From: Thermoplasmata archaeon
GTDB taxonomy: Archaea > Thermoplasmatota > Thermoplasmata > Lutacidiplasmatales > UBA184
NCBI GenBank assembly: GCA_022750055.1
Contig: JAKIWL010000002.1
Span: 341,042 to 405,041 of the forward strand
Direction of reading: 5' to 3'
DNA length: 64,000 bases
Part shown: positions 17,457 to 28,247 of the stretch, piece by piece
Numbering within the stretch: position 1 is the stretch's first letter
How the letters are laid out: each line of letters starts with the position of its first letter
Notes under the pieces: generated by a model
Seen by the model: only the letters and a program-made list of their open reading frames with translations
Database searches by the model: none
What the model was told of the DNA's origin: nothing
Translations under genes and position numbers: made by a program

Positions 17457-19049
17457 TTACTTCTTTCGGAGGACGATCCCCATCGCGTCGCGGTCGTGAA
17501 CTTCGCCCCCTGTCCGCTGGCGCAGGACGAACCGCTGGGCCTTCTGGTTCGCCGTCCTCGGGATCTCCTCGATGAACTCGATGTATCGGGGGACCATGAA
17601 GAACGGGAGCTGCTCGTTCGAGAACTCGAACAGCTCGCGGGCCGAGACGTGCTTGCCGGGTCGAAGCTGGACGAACGCCTTGACATCCTCCTCTCCGAGG
17701 GGGGACGGCACGCCGACGACGACCGATTCAAAGACCCCCGGATGACGATTGAGCGCGGACTCGACGTCGTACGGCGCGAGATTCTCACCCCGTCGGCGGA
17801 TCACATCTTTCTTCCGGTCGACGAAGTAGTAGTAACCGTCCGGGTCTCGAGTGACGTAGTCGCCTGTGTGGAACCAGAGGTTCTGCCAGGACTGGACGGT
17901 CTCCTCGGGCTTCCGATGGTACCCAAGGAACATCGTAAAGGGCGCCCGCGGGCGGACCACGAGCTCTCCGCGTTCGTTCGCGGGGACCGGGCGGTCGAGG
18001 TCGTCGACGACCTCGGCTTCGACGAAGCTGAGGGGGGTCCCGACGGACCCGACGCGGATCGCGCTGGGCGGGTTCATGAGCGTCGTACAGCCGCACTCCG
18101 TCATCCCGTAGAGCTCGATCACCGTCACGGCGAAGCGTTGCTCGAACTCCCTCCACACCGCTCGCGTCGTGCCTGCGGTCAGTGCGGTCCGGACCCGGTG
18201 GGCCCGGTCGGTGGTACGGTCCGGCTGCTTGTACAGCACATTGATCATGGAGATGAGCAGGGAAACGTGGGTGGCGCCGAACCTCTGGGCCGTCTCCCAG
18301 AAGGTCGTGGCGTGGAACCGGTCGTCGAAGGCCGCGGTGAGGTCGTTCAGGAGCGCCGTCACGGTGGTCATCTCCTGGGCGTTGCAATGAAACAGAGGCA
18401 GGCCCGTGAACAGGACCGAACCGGGGTCCAATCGGCTCCGCTCCCCGATCTCTCTCGAAGTCCGCAGGACCTTTTCATGCGGGATCAGGACCCCCTTAGG
18501 GGGCCCGGTGGTCCCACTCGTGTAGAGGATCTCGCAGGGGTCGGACGGTCGGGGTGGTTCTTCCGACCTCCTCTCGCCTCCCGCGAGCAGGTCGGCGAAA
18601 GTGCCCGCACCGCCCGGAGGGCTGTCCGCCGGAGCCTCTCGGCCGACGATCCATTCGTGCACCGACCCTCCCTCCGGTCGGGCGGCTCGATACGTGTCTC
18701 GGAGATCGGCGTCGACGACCACGCCCTTGGGCTCGGAATCCGTTAGTTCGTAGCGAAGCAGCTCCCCCTTGAGGGCCGTATTCAACGGGACCAGGACCGC
18801 TCCGAGCTTGGCGACCCCGAACCACAACTCCAGGAACTCGGGCCGATTGTACAGTAGGGCGGCGACCCGATCGCCTCGACCGATGCCACCGGCACGGAGT
18901 CCCGACGCGACCTGATCCGAAGCTCCGTCGAGCTCTCGGTAGCTCAGGTCTCGATGGGCAAATCGCGCAGCGAGCCGGTCGCCGTTCTTCCGGGCCTTCC
19001 CCCGAATGAGGCTGGCGAGATCGTGATACTCCTCTCCGGGTTCGAGCAT
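17457..19049 (-). CDS. Acyl-CoA ligase, crotonobetaine/carnitine-CoA ligase (CaiC) family
   Basis: YTSGTTGPPKG, PLFHCNAQ, YGMTE, WFHTGD, DRKKDVIRRRGEN. Confidence 0.92.
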   Translation of the reverse strand: MLEPGEEYHDLASLIRGKARKNGDRLAARFAHRDLSYRELDGASDQVASGLRAGGIGRGDRVAALLYNRPEFLELWFGVAKLGAVLVPLNTALKGELLRYELTDSEPKGVVVDADLRDTYRAARPEGGSVHEWIVGREAPADSPPGGAGTFADLLAGGERRSEEPPRPSDPCEILYTSGTTGPPKGVLIPHEKVLRTSREIGERSRLDPGSVLFTGLPLFHCNAQEMTTVTALLNDLTAAFDDRFHATTFWETAQRFGATHVSLLISMINVLYKQPDRTTDRAHRVRTALTAGTTRAVWREFEQRFAVTVIELYGMTECGCTTLMNPPSAIRVGSVGTPLSFVEAEVVDDLDRPVPANERGELVVRPRAPFTMFLGYHRKPEETVQSWQNLWFHTGDYVTRDPDGYYYFVDRKKDVIRRRGENLAPYDVESALNRHPGVFESVVVGVPSPLGEEDVKAFVQLRPGKHVSARELFEFSNEQLPFFMVPRYIEFIEEIPRTANQKAQRFVLRQRTGGEVHDRDAMGIVLRKK

Positions 19050-19271
19050 TCGGCCCGAGGGAGGAGGGCGGATTCATATCGTCCGCGGTCGCGACAAGAG
19101 CCGTCCCCGTTCGAGGGCCGTCCTAGGCTTTCGACCGAGCCGATCGGACGTGCTGGGCCAAGAAAGGCCGCGACCACCCTCGCTCCATTCGGCGGGTCGT
19201 CGATAGGAGATCGATCCCCGGACGGGGGCTGCGACGTTTCGCGCGGATGCGGCGTCGAGACCCCGTCGTCC

Positions 19272-20573
19272 TCAGCGGGAGTTCCGACGGCGGTACGAGG
19301 CGACGCCGAGGGCTCCAGCGACGACGAGTACGCCCACTACCCCGGACCAAGGTAGCATCGCCATCACCGTCCAACCCGGCGCATGTCCTCGTTGACCGAT
19401 CGTCGACGGAGCGGAGGAGATCGGGGCCGGGGACGGAGTGGATCGAACCGGGGCGCTGACCGGCGTCGTCGAGCCGGGGGCGCTCGGGGACGAGGTCGTG
19501 CTGGCCGAACCGCCGCCGGACGCTGAGCTGCCCCCACCCGAGGAGGGACTCGTTCCTGTGCCGGTCGACGAAGCGGCCGGAGCGGCTCGCTCGGCATATA
19601 CGCTCGACAGGGCGCTTCCAGCGAGGTCGTATTCGGGAGCGGGGTTCACGGTCCAGTTGGAGGTCGCCCCCTGGAACAGGTCGGAGCCGACCGCGGTCAG
19701 GAAGAGGTCATTGTCGAGGTTGAACGGGCCATGGGAACGAAGGCCAATCCGCACGACCGAGCGGTTGTTCACAGTCCCGCTGCCGAGGTCCTTGCCACGG
19801 ACCGACTCGTGTCCGGTCCGGTTGAGCTGCCCGACGAAGGAACCGGTGCGGCCGTACGTCGTTCCGTTGTAGACCGCATCGAAGCTATAGGAATCGTTCC
19901 ATCCGCCGGTCGCATTGTACGAGCTCGTCGCGTTCCAGGTCAGGTTCGTCGACAAGTTCCAGGGGATGAGTCCGAGCGCCGGGCTGAATTGGACGTTGAA
20001 TCCGGCGAGTTGGGACTCGTCGAACACGGAGGTATAGGTTCGGTTCCCCCACGTGAGATTCGTCGTCTCCGTCAGGTTCTGAACATTCCGTGCGGACGCG
20101 TTGGTGACTCCGAGCGCGTTCACAAGAGTGCCGTTCTCATCAACCTTCGCGGTCGTCGTGAGGTTCAGGAATTGGGAGTCCCGAGTCCCCGCGCGGACCT
20201 TGACGAGCTCCCGATACAGGGGGGCCGTGCAGTTGGGAATGCACCACGAAGCGACGAGGGTCGCGTTCGTCCAGCGAAGTCCGTGCATTTCGGTCGATGT
20301 GTTCGAGGTATTGGTGGCCGTGATCCGGTCGTTCACCCCATAGAACGTGCTCACGTTGTACGTGATGGTGACGTTCCCCAGTGTGCGTGTCGTGGTGTTG
20401 TTATCCCATCGCTGGAGGCTGTGGCTCCACGTCTGAGGGGGAGAGGCGAGGGACGAGGTGGCGGCCGCTTGAGCGCCGACCGAAGAAAGCAGGACGACCA
20501 GCAACGAGCCGAGGACGATCGCTCCCCGGATCATCGAACGGCCGCGCTCTCCAATCGCTCGGTATGCGGGCAT
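19272..20573 (-). CDS. Exported, C-terminally anchored Thr/Asn-rich glycoprotein-like protein (paralog of 21349-22695)
   Basis: Signal peptide (alternative start 20534), many N-x-S/T sequons, Ser/Gly linker, C-terminal TM plus RRR; TATATATA at ~20596-20603. Confidence 0.82.
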   Translation of the reverse strand: MPAYRAIGERGRSMIRGAIVLGSLLVVLLSSVGAQAAATSSLASPPQTWSHSLQRWDNNTTTRTLGNVTITYNVSTFYGVNDRITATNTSNTSTEMHGLRWTNATLVASWCIPNCTAPLYRELVKVRAGTRDSQFLNLTTTAKVDENGTLVNALGVTNASARNVQNLTETTNLTWGNRTYTSVFDESQLAGFNVQFSPALGLIPWNLSTNLTWNATSSYNATGGWNDSYSFDAVYNGTTYGRTGSFVGQLNRTGHESVRGKDLGSGTVNNRSVVRIGLRSHGPFNLDNDLFLTAVGSDLFQGATSNWTVNPAPEYDLAGSALSSVYAERAAPAASSTGTGTSPSSGGGSSASGGGSASTTSSPSAPGSTTPVSAPVRSTPSPAPISSAPSTIGQRGHAPGWTVMAMLPWSGVVGVLVVAGALGVASYRRRNSR

Positions 20574-20788
20574 CAGTTCGGGACCGAATCACACGTATAT
20601 ATACTGGGGTCTGGCCGTCCGGTTTTGGTCGATCGAGGGCCGCGTTCCGTCGGCCCGGCCCGTCAACGAGCCGTCCCAGGTTGTGGAGGGATCCCCGAAT
20701 TCGATCCGAAGGGCAAGGCGCCCGATCGGAGGTTGTCTTCCGCCTGGCGGCTCGGAGCCCTGATAGGGTGCGAAAGTTGTCCGGGGGC

Positions 20789-21241
20789 GTGGCAGAGCGG
20801 GTGGGGCCCTTCCGGCCCGACGCACCGGGCCTGACCGAGCTCGCGGCGGGAGGAGTCGTGTATGACCGAGCGACCGGCGACGTCCTCATTCTCCATGTCA
20901 AGGAGGAGGATCGGTGGGGCTTTCCGAAGGGTCATGTCGAGGCTGGGGAGTCGGTCTTGGCCGCCGCCCGGCGGGAGATCGAGGAGGAGACTACGCTTTC
21001 CGGTCTAGAGTTCGAGCATGAGGTCGCCGAGGTCCACTACCGGTTCTTCGTTCCGTCGCAGAGCGTCAACGTGTTCAAGACCGTGGTCTATTGGAAAGTT
21101 CGGTCCGCCTCTCGGGACGTTCGCTTGGAGGCGGGCTTCGATCGATTCCTGTGGGGGAGCCCCCGAGACCTGCTGGGGATCCTGACCTATGAAACGGACC
21201 GAACGGTCATCCATCGGTTCCTCGACGACGCGCTCGGGTAA
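20789..21241 (+). CDS. NUDIX hydrolase (Ap4A hydrolase-like)
   Basis: AAGGVV, WGFPKGHVEAGESVLAAARREIEEET Nudix box, KTVVYW. Confidence 0.9.
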   Translation: MAERVGPFRPDAPGLTELAAGGVVYDRATGDVLILHVKEEDRWGFPKGHVEAGESVLAAARREIEEETTLSGLEFEHEVAEVHYRFFVPSQSVNVFKTVVYWKVRSASRDVRLEAGFDRFLWGSPRDLLGILTYETDRTVIHRFLDDALG

Positions 21242-21348
21242 CGGACCCGAGGGAGAGTTTCGCCCTCGAGATCGGCGAAGAGGTTGGGTCATGGGAATCC
21301 CGACCCCGCGGGACGACGAGGTCGCAGGTCGGTGGGGGGTTCCCTGTC

Positions 21349-22695
21349 CTAGCCCCCCGGGTTCGTCCCGTTCGTACCCATCGGACGCCGCGGCCGGCGA
21401 GCGAGCACCAGCGCGACGGCACCGACCGCAGCGACGGTGACGCTGACTCCGACGGCCAGCGCGAGGAGTCCGGACGACGACGCCGGAGAGGTGCACCCTC
21501 CGATGAGACACTGGCTCGCTTGCTGCGCGGCCTGCGGGGACTCGGGTTGTTCCTGGATCGACTCGCTCGCGGCGGGCGGGTTCGGGGATGAGCCGCCCGG
21601 GCCGCTCGTCCCTTGGACCGACGCCGAGCCGAGGGCCGTCGTACCGAGGGCGGCCGACGTCGACACCGCCTGCATCCGCGCCGTGCGGGAGGCGTGGTCG
21701 ACGGCCACATCCAGGGTCGACGTCGTGGCCTGGGCCGTTGCGACCGCGTGCACGTTCCATCCGACGCTCCCTCCTCCGAACAGGTCCGCGTCGACCGTCG
21801 TCACGAACAGACCCTCCGCGAACTCAAACGGGCCCGAGAACGCGAGAACGATCACATCGACCACGGCCCCGTTCCGGAGGGTGAGGTTGCCGATGTCCGC
21901 GCCACGAACCGACTCGACGCCACGGTGGCTGACGTTCCCGCTCGAGGTTCCCGACGCTGAGGTTGCGATCCCGTTTAGGACGTTCGAGAACGAGTAGCTA
22001 TCGTTCCACCCCCCGTGCGCGGAGAACGTGCTCGTCGAGTTCCAGACCTGACCGGCCGAGGCGTTCCAGGGAACCAGGCCAAGGGCGGGCTGGAATGAGA
22101 CACCCATCGATGCCCGGCGGCTGACGTCGAGCGTGCCCTTCGCTCCCACGTGGGTCCCCCGAACGATCGAGTACGATTCGTTCAGCTGGCCCCGCGCGCT
22201 CGAGGAAGCGTTGAGCACTCCGAGTGCCGGAACCGCGACGATCGCCCGCACGGACGTGCCGTTCACGGAAACCGTCGTGGTCTCGTACACGGTGGCGTTC
22301 GTCGTCAGGTTCACGAAGGCCGAGAGCTGCTGCCAGGCCCGGAGACTCAGGTTCGCCGAGGAATTCGGGTGGGAGCAGTCGGGCCGGCAGAAGTCGGCGA
22401 AGAAACTCTCACCGATCGTCCGGACCGCTTGCACCTCCCGAGTCGTCGCGGTCGTGTTCGTCTCGGTGATCACGACGTGCTCGCCGAAGTACGCTCTCGA
22501 GCTGAACGATCCGTTGTCGAACGTGACGGTCGTGTTGACCCATCGCTGTCCCCCGTAGGCCCATTGCCGGGGCGCCCCGCCGTTCGAGGGGGTCAGGGGG
22601 CCCGCGCTCGCAACCGGCGCGAACGCCGGAACGATCATCGCCGCCAAGACCGCCATGCTCACGATCGCCGCTAGTCCCAATCGGGTTTCGTTCAT
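21349..22695 (-). CDS. Exported, C-terminally anchored glycoprotein-like protein (paralog of 19272-20573)
   Basis: ATG preceded by GGAGG, signal peptide, FCRPDCS, FQPALGLVPWN, GGWNDSYSF, C-terminal TM plus RRPRR. Confidence 0.82.
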   Translation of the reverse strand: MNETRLGLAAIVSMAVLAAMIVPAFAPVASAGPLTPSNGGAPRQWAYGGQRWVNTTVTFDNGSFSSRAYFGEHVVITETNTTATTREVQAVRTIGESFFADFCRPDCSHPNSSANLSLRAWQQLSAFVNLTTNATVYETTTVSVNGTSVRAIVAVPALGVLNASSSARGQLNESYSIVRGTHVGAKGTLDVSRRASMGVSFQPALGLVPWNASAGQVWNSTSTFSAHGGWNDSYSFSNVLNGIATSASGTSSGNVSHRGVESVRGADIGNLTLRNGAVVDVIVLAFSGPFEFAEGLFVTTVDADLFGGGSVGWNVHAVATAQATTSTLDVAVDHASRTARMQAVSTSAALGTTALGSASVQGTSGPGGSSPNPPAASESIQEQPESPQAAQQASQCLIGGCTSPASSSGLLALAVGVSVTVAAVGAVALVLARRPRRPMGTNGTNPGG

Positions 22696-22877
22696 CGTCC
22701 GATCCTGCCTCCTTCGGAAGAGTTCGTCTTCCCGACCGAAGGAGCTCGGGAACAGAATATCAACGGATGTTCCGCCGGAGCGAATCCGGTCGGGACACCG
22801 TGCTAGTGCGTGGCCGGATCGGAATCCCGCAGGATCGGTAGATCCCCGTCGGGACCGCAGGGCCCGACCTCCGTCGT

Positions 22878-24548
<1,671 letters not shown>

Positions 24549-24673
24549 GGCGCACGCGATATCCTCCCGACTTCAAGGGCTTTCGCGCCGAGGACGTCCG
24601 GGCCCTTGGAGGTCGTCCTGCCCGGTCGAACCCGCGAAAGTTTTTCCGCTCACGGACCCTCCTTCGTCGGGGC

Positions 24674-24746
24674 GCCGCTGTAGCTCAGTCGGAAGAGCGG
24701 CTGATTTGTAATCAGCAGGTCGGGAGTTCGATTCTCTCCAGCGGCT
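24674..24746 (+). tRNA. tRNA-Thr(TGT)
   Basis: GCCGCTG/CAGCGGC acceptor stem, TAGCTCAG D-arm, GCTGA-TT-TGT-AA-TCAGC, GTTCGATT T-loop; CCA not encoded. Confidence 0.96.
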
Positions 24747-24784
24747 CCCGACCGGGGGTCCGGTGGTCCGACGGTCGGGGGTGC

Positions 24785-27700
24785 TCAGCGAGCCCGCTGG
24801 GCGGAACGGTGAGGGCGAGCAGCGAACCCGGGGCCCGTCGACGGACCCGGGGGGCCGACCCCCCCGCGCCTTCTTCGCCGGGCAACGACGACCCCCACTA
24901 TTGCCAGCGCGACGAAGGAGATGGGGATGCCGAGTTCCCAGGCCCAGAACGAGCTCGGGGCCTCGGGCGCAGGAGGCCGGTAGGGGAGCGAAAGGTTGGT
25001 CCAGGTTAGGTTCGACTCTCCGCCCACTCCGGTCACCCGGACTGCGAGGCAAGCCCGACCGGCCGCAGAGATCGCCGTCAGGGTGAATCGCTCCGACGGC
25101 CAGGGCAGGACCGCCTGCAGGGTGGGTTCGCAAGCATTCGCCCCGTAGACGGTCTCATTCGTCAAACTCCCTGCCGGGTCGGTCCATCGAAGAAGGATGG
25201 CGTCGGGGCCGAGGACCTGGACCCCGACGAACGATGGAGCGGCGGGCCGCGTCGTGACGTTGAGCGGGGGTGACGCGAGGGAAGGCCCGGAGGAATCCCA
25301 CCCTCGGACCTCGAGACAGTACTGAGTATTCTCCGACAGACCACGAAGCGTCGTCGTAGGGCTGGCCCCGGTCCAGCGGGTCGTCAGGGAATCGCAGGCC
25401 GGGCCCATCGATAGCGAAAAGGAGACGGTCCCCGAGGCGGCCGGCTGCCAGGCCACCTGCACCTGATCTGGGAATGGCGAACTCGCGCGGACCCCGGCCG
25501 GGGCGTCCGGTAACGTCGTAGAGTTGGCCCAGGAGAAGGTCGAGTTCGGCCCGGAGAACGCCCAGGCCTCCACGGCCACACAGTATCGGGCAGCCGGAGT
25601 GAGCCCGCCCAAGTTCCACGCGGTCGCGGGCCCATCGGTCGGGTGGGCGGTCAACGAGCGGCAATCCGGACCCGTCAGGAGGGTATCATTGACGATCGTG
25701 CCGGTCGGATTCTGCCAAGTCAGACGGAGCGTGGTGGCGGAAGTGGGAGCAACGGCGAGGCCGGTCGGTGCAAACGGGAGGGTGCTCGTGAGAACACTGA
25801 CGGACAGGCCGGACGGACCGGTCGCGGCCCAGGCTTGGACCCGAACGCAGTAATCGGCGGCCGCGGGCAGTCCGTAGAGCGTGAAGGACACCACAGGGCG
25901 TCCGGTGGAGATCGATTGAAGGGTAGTGCAATTCGGCCCGAAGTAGACCGTGTCATTCACCAGGGGTCCGGTTGGATTCTGCCACTCGAGGGAGATGGTG
26001 GAGGGGGACGCCCCGGTCGCGTTCAACCAATACGGGGGTGCCGGCGGGGCGGAGGGCCCGGTGCATACGCTATCGGCGAGGGCGTCGCCGAACCCGTGGA
26101 GATTGAGCGGGACCACCCGGATGATGTAGCAGGTCCTGGCTTCGAGATTCGTCAACACGACCCGCGTCGCGTTCCCCGGGAGCGAAGCCGATCCGTTCGG
26201 CCCGCCGAGCGGGCTGGTCGTGGCGTACGATACGGTGAAGTTGAGGATCCAGGGGGCCTGACTCGCGGGCTCGGACCACGATACGCCGATCGAGGTCCCG
26301 TTGGAGGAACCGTTCACGAGGGTGGGGGCCGTGGGGGGGGCCGTTTCCGCCAGGGGCGCGCTCCGGGGGAACGGGAACTCGGAGAGCCCGAGCTTCCAGT
26401 TCCAATAGATCGTCCCCGGCGACCCGGCTCGATCGAGAGGGCAAGGCGAGGCGACGCAAGCCCCCGAAGCGAGGCCCACGAGGTACGACCCGTTGTAGAA
26501 GAGTCCCTCCTCGTCGTACGATTGCTGGGCCGCCTCCGTACCGTTCGGCCCCGGCCAGGACTGGGAGACGTTCGACGAGTACCACTGGCGAGAGGCCGGG
26601 TCGAGGAGCCATGAATCGTTCTGGAAGGTCGCATTCCAAGCGCCGGCGACCCAGGGTCCTGAGCCCGACATCCCGATCCGGTGCTCGGAGGAGCCGACGG
26701 GGAAGGCGGCCGGGCCCTGCGGGAGCGACCGCCCAAAGCCGCAACCCCCGACCCCCAACGACGTCACCCCGGTCATCCGCCCGCCAGCCCCGATGCTCGC
26801 GTACGCCGTGACGGCCTGGTTCTTCTTGCAGGTCCCGGCCGTGAAGTACAACCGGTGGGCGGTGAGATTGTAGTCCATTCCCGCGACGAAGTTCGAGGAG
26901 ATGTTCGTCCCCCAGTATCCGGTCGCCTCGGTCTGGACAGAGACCCCGGTATACGCGATCTGGGCGATCTCGTCGGAGCTCGAGTTGTCGGCGTCCACAT
27001 CGAACCATGCGTTCAGCACGGGAACCCAGTAGGCATTGTTCGCCTCGAAGAACGGGACGTGTCCGAGGGTCCATTGGGTTTGGTTCCGGAAGTTCCAGTC
27101 TAACATTCTTCCGTCGCTCAGGAGCAGAACAGCGTCGGTCGAGGCCCCGTTGCGCCCGACGAGGTTGACCTGCACGTTCAGACGCGTCGCGCCGACCTGG
27201 ATCCCTGTGAAGTTCCACTCGTGGGTGACACCGGTGCTCACGTTCACGGCGTAGAAGGTGATCGCCGAGAGGTTGGTGCACTTCGCTAGGCAGCCGAATT
27301 CGTAGATGAAGGACCCGTCATTGGTAGCCCATCCGGTGTTCTCGACTCCGGCGTAGTTCATCACGTTCTGGTACAGCGGAAGCCAGGGGGCGATCCGAGT
27401 CACCCCACCCGTGACAAAATTGTAAAAGACGAGCACCATCGAGGCGTTGACGTAGAACGCACCATCGGCCGTCCAGGACAAGATCGGGACTTGGACGTTG
27501 AGGTTCTCTCGGGTGAAGTAGGTGGTCAAGTTCACGTACCCGGGCAACGCCAGGGTCGCGTTCCCGTACGGGACGTACTCCGGCGTGGTCATCGGGGGAA
27601 GGTTCGTTAGGGCCCCTTGCGCGGCGAACCAACGCCCCGTTCCGCCAACCGTTCCCGTTCGGTTGGAGTAGACGTAGTAGGTGCCGTTGGAGCTCGGCAG

Positions 27701-28021
27701 GGCAAGGGCAAACCCTCCGTTGGGCCCGGTCGTCCCGTTCGCGACGACCGAGCAGCTCGCGATCCCGGCCGCCGTGACCGGGGGGGAGGGACATGGGAAC
27801 GCGACAACCGTAACGGGTATCCCGGCAAGACCGGTCCCGCCCGGCGCGAGGAGGACCCCTTGAAGCATGGGGGGCCCCGACGGCCGCGCGTCCAGCTGAT
27901 GGGCCGGAGCGGGAACCGCCGCGCCGCCGCCCGTCAGGCCCGCCGGACCCGCAACCAAGAGGAGAACGAGGAGACCGCCGGCTGACCAGAGCGGGAGGGA
28001 ACGTCGACGCCGCTCGGACAT
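24785..28021 (-). CDS. Large exported protein with tandem fibronectin type III-like domains and C-terminal TM anchor
   Basis: Signal peptide; ~5 repeats of type P.AP..L......I.L.W..P....N.TV..G..C......L..L.....YC..V.AW; TM plus RRRRR. Confidence 0.85.
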   Translation of the reverse strand: MSERRRRSLPLWSAGGLLVLLLVAGPAGLTGGGAAVPAPAHQLDARPSGPPMLQGVLLAPGGTGLAGIPVTVVAFPCPSPPVTAAGIASCSVVANGTTGPNGGFALALPSSNGTYYVYSNRTGTVGGTGRWFAAQGALTNLPPMTTPEYVPYGNATLALPGYVNLTTYFTRENLNVQVPILSWTADGAFYVNASMVLVFYNFVTGGVTRIAPWLPLYQNVMNYAGVENTGWATNDGSFIYEFGCLAKCTNLSAITFYAVNVSTGVTHEWNFTGIQVGATRLNVQVNLVGRNGASTDAVLLLSDGRMLDWNFRNQTQWTLGHVPFFEANNAYWVPVLNAWFDVDADNSSSDEIAQIAYTGVSVQTEATGYWGTNISSNFVAGMDYNLTAHRLYFTAGTCKKNQAVTAYASIGAGGRMTGVTSLGVGGCGFGRSLPQGPAAFPVGSSEHRIGMSGSGPWVAGAWNATFQNDSWLLDPASRQWYSSNVSQSWPGPNGTEAAQQSYDEEGLFYNGSYLVGLASGACVASPCPLDRAGSPGTIYWNWKLGLSEFPFPRSAPLAETAPPTAPTLVNGSSNGTSIGVSWSEPASQAPWILNFTVSYATTSPLGGPNGSASLPGNATRVVLTNLEARTCYIIRVVPLNLHGFGDALADSVCTGPSAPPAPPYWLNATGASPSTISLEWQNPTGPLVNDTVYFGPNCTTLQSISTGRPVVSFTLYGLPAAADYCVRVQAWAATGPSGLSVSVLTSTLPFAPTGLAVAPTSATTLRLTWQNPTGTIVNDTLLTGPDCRSLTAHPTDGPATAWNLGGLTPAARYCVAVEAWAFSGPNSTFSWANSTTLPDAPAGVRASSPFPDQVQVAWQPAASGTVSFSLSMGPACDSLTTRWTGASPTTTLRGLSENTQYCLEVRGWDSSGPSLASPPLNVTTRPAAPSFVGVQVLGPDAILLRWTDPAGSLTNETVYGANACEPTLQAVLPWPSERFTLTAISAAGRACLAVRVTGVGGESNLTWTNLSLPYRPPAPEAPSSFWAWELGIPISFVALAIVGVVVARRRRRGGVGPPGPSTGPGFAARPHRSAQRAR

Positions 28022-28247
28022 CCATCTGTACGGTCGTTCCGGTGGTATAACGACATCAGCCGCCCTCCGTCACGAGCCGACGGTCCGAACCCGCGAGACG
28101 CCGACAACGTAGCCCCGGATCGAGATCACCGGGTTCGCCGTCGTTCGCCGGTTGGACCGATACGCGCGACGCGACCCGTCGCTCCGTACGGAAGCAGCGA
28201 GCCGCAGCAAACTGCGTAATAAGCGCCGCTCCACTCGCGCCCGTGCG

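Noticed and set aside
24674-24785. tRNA-Thr as an integration site of a mobile element
   Set aside because: No duplicated tRNA 3' end, integrase or compositional shift seen in the window; only a GC hairpin follows
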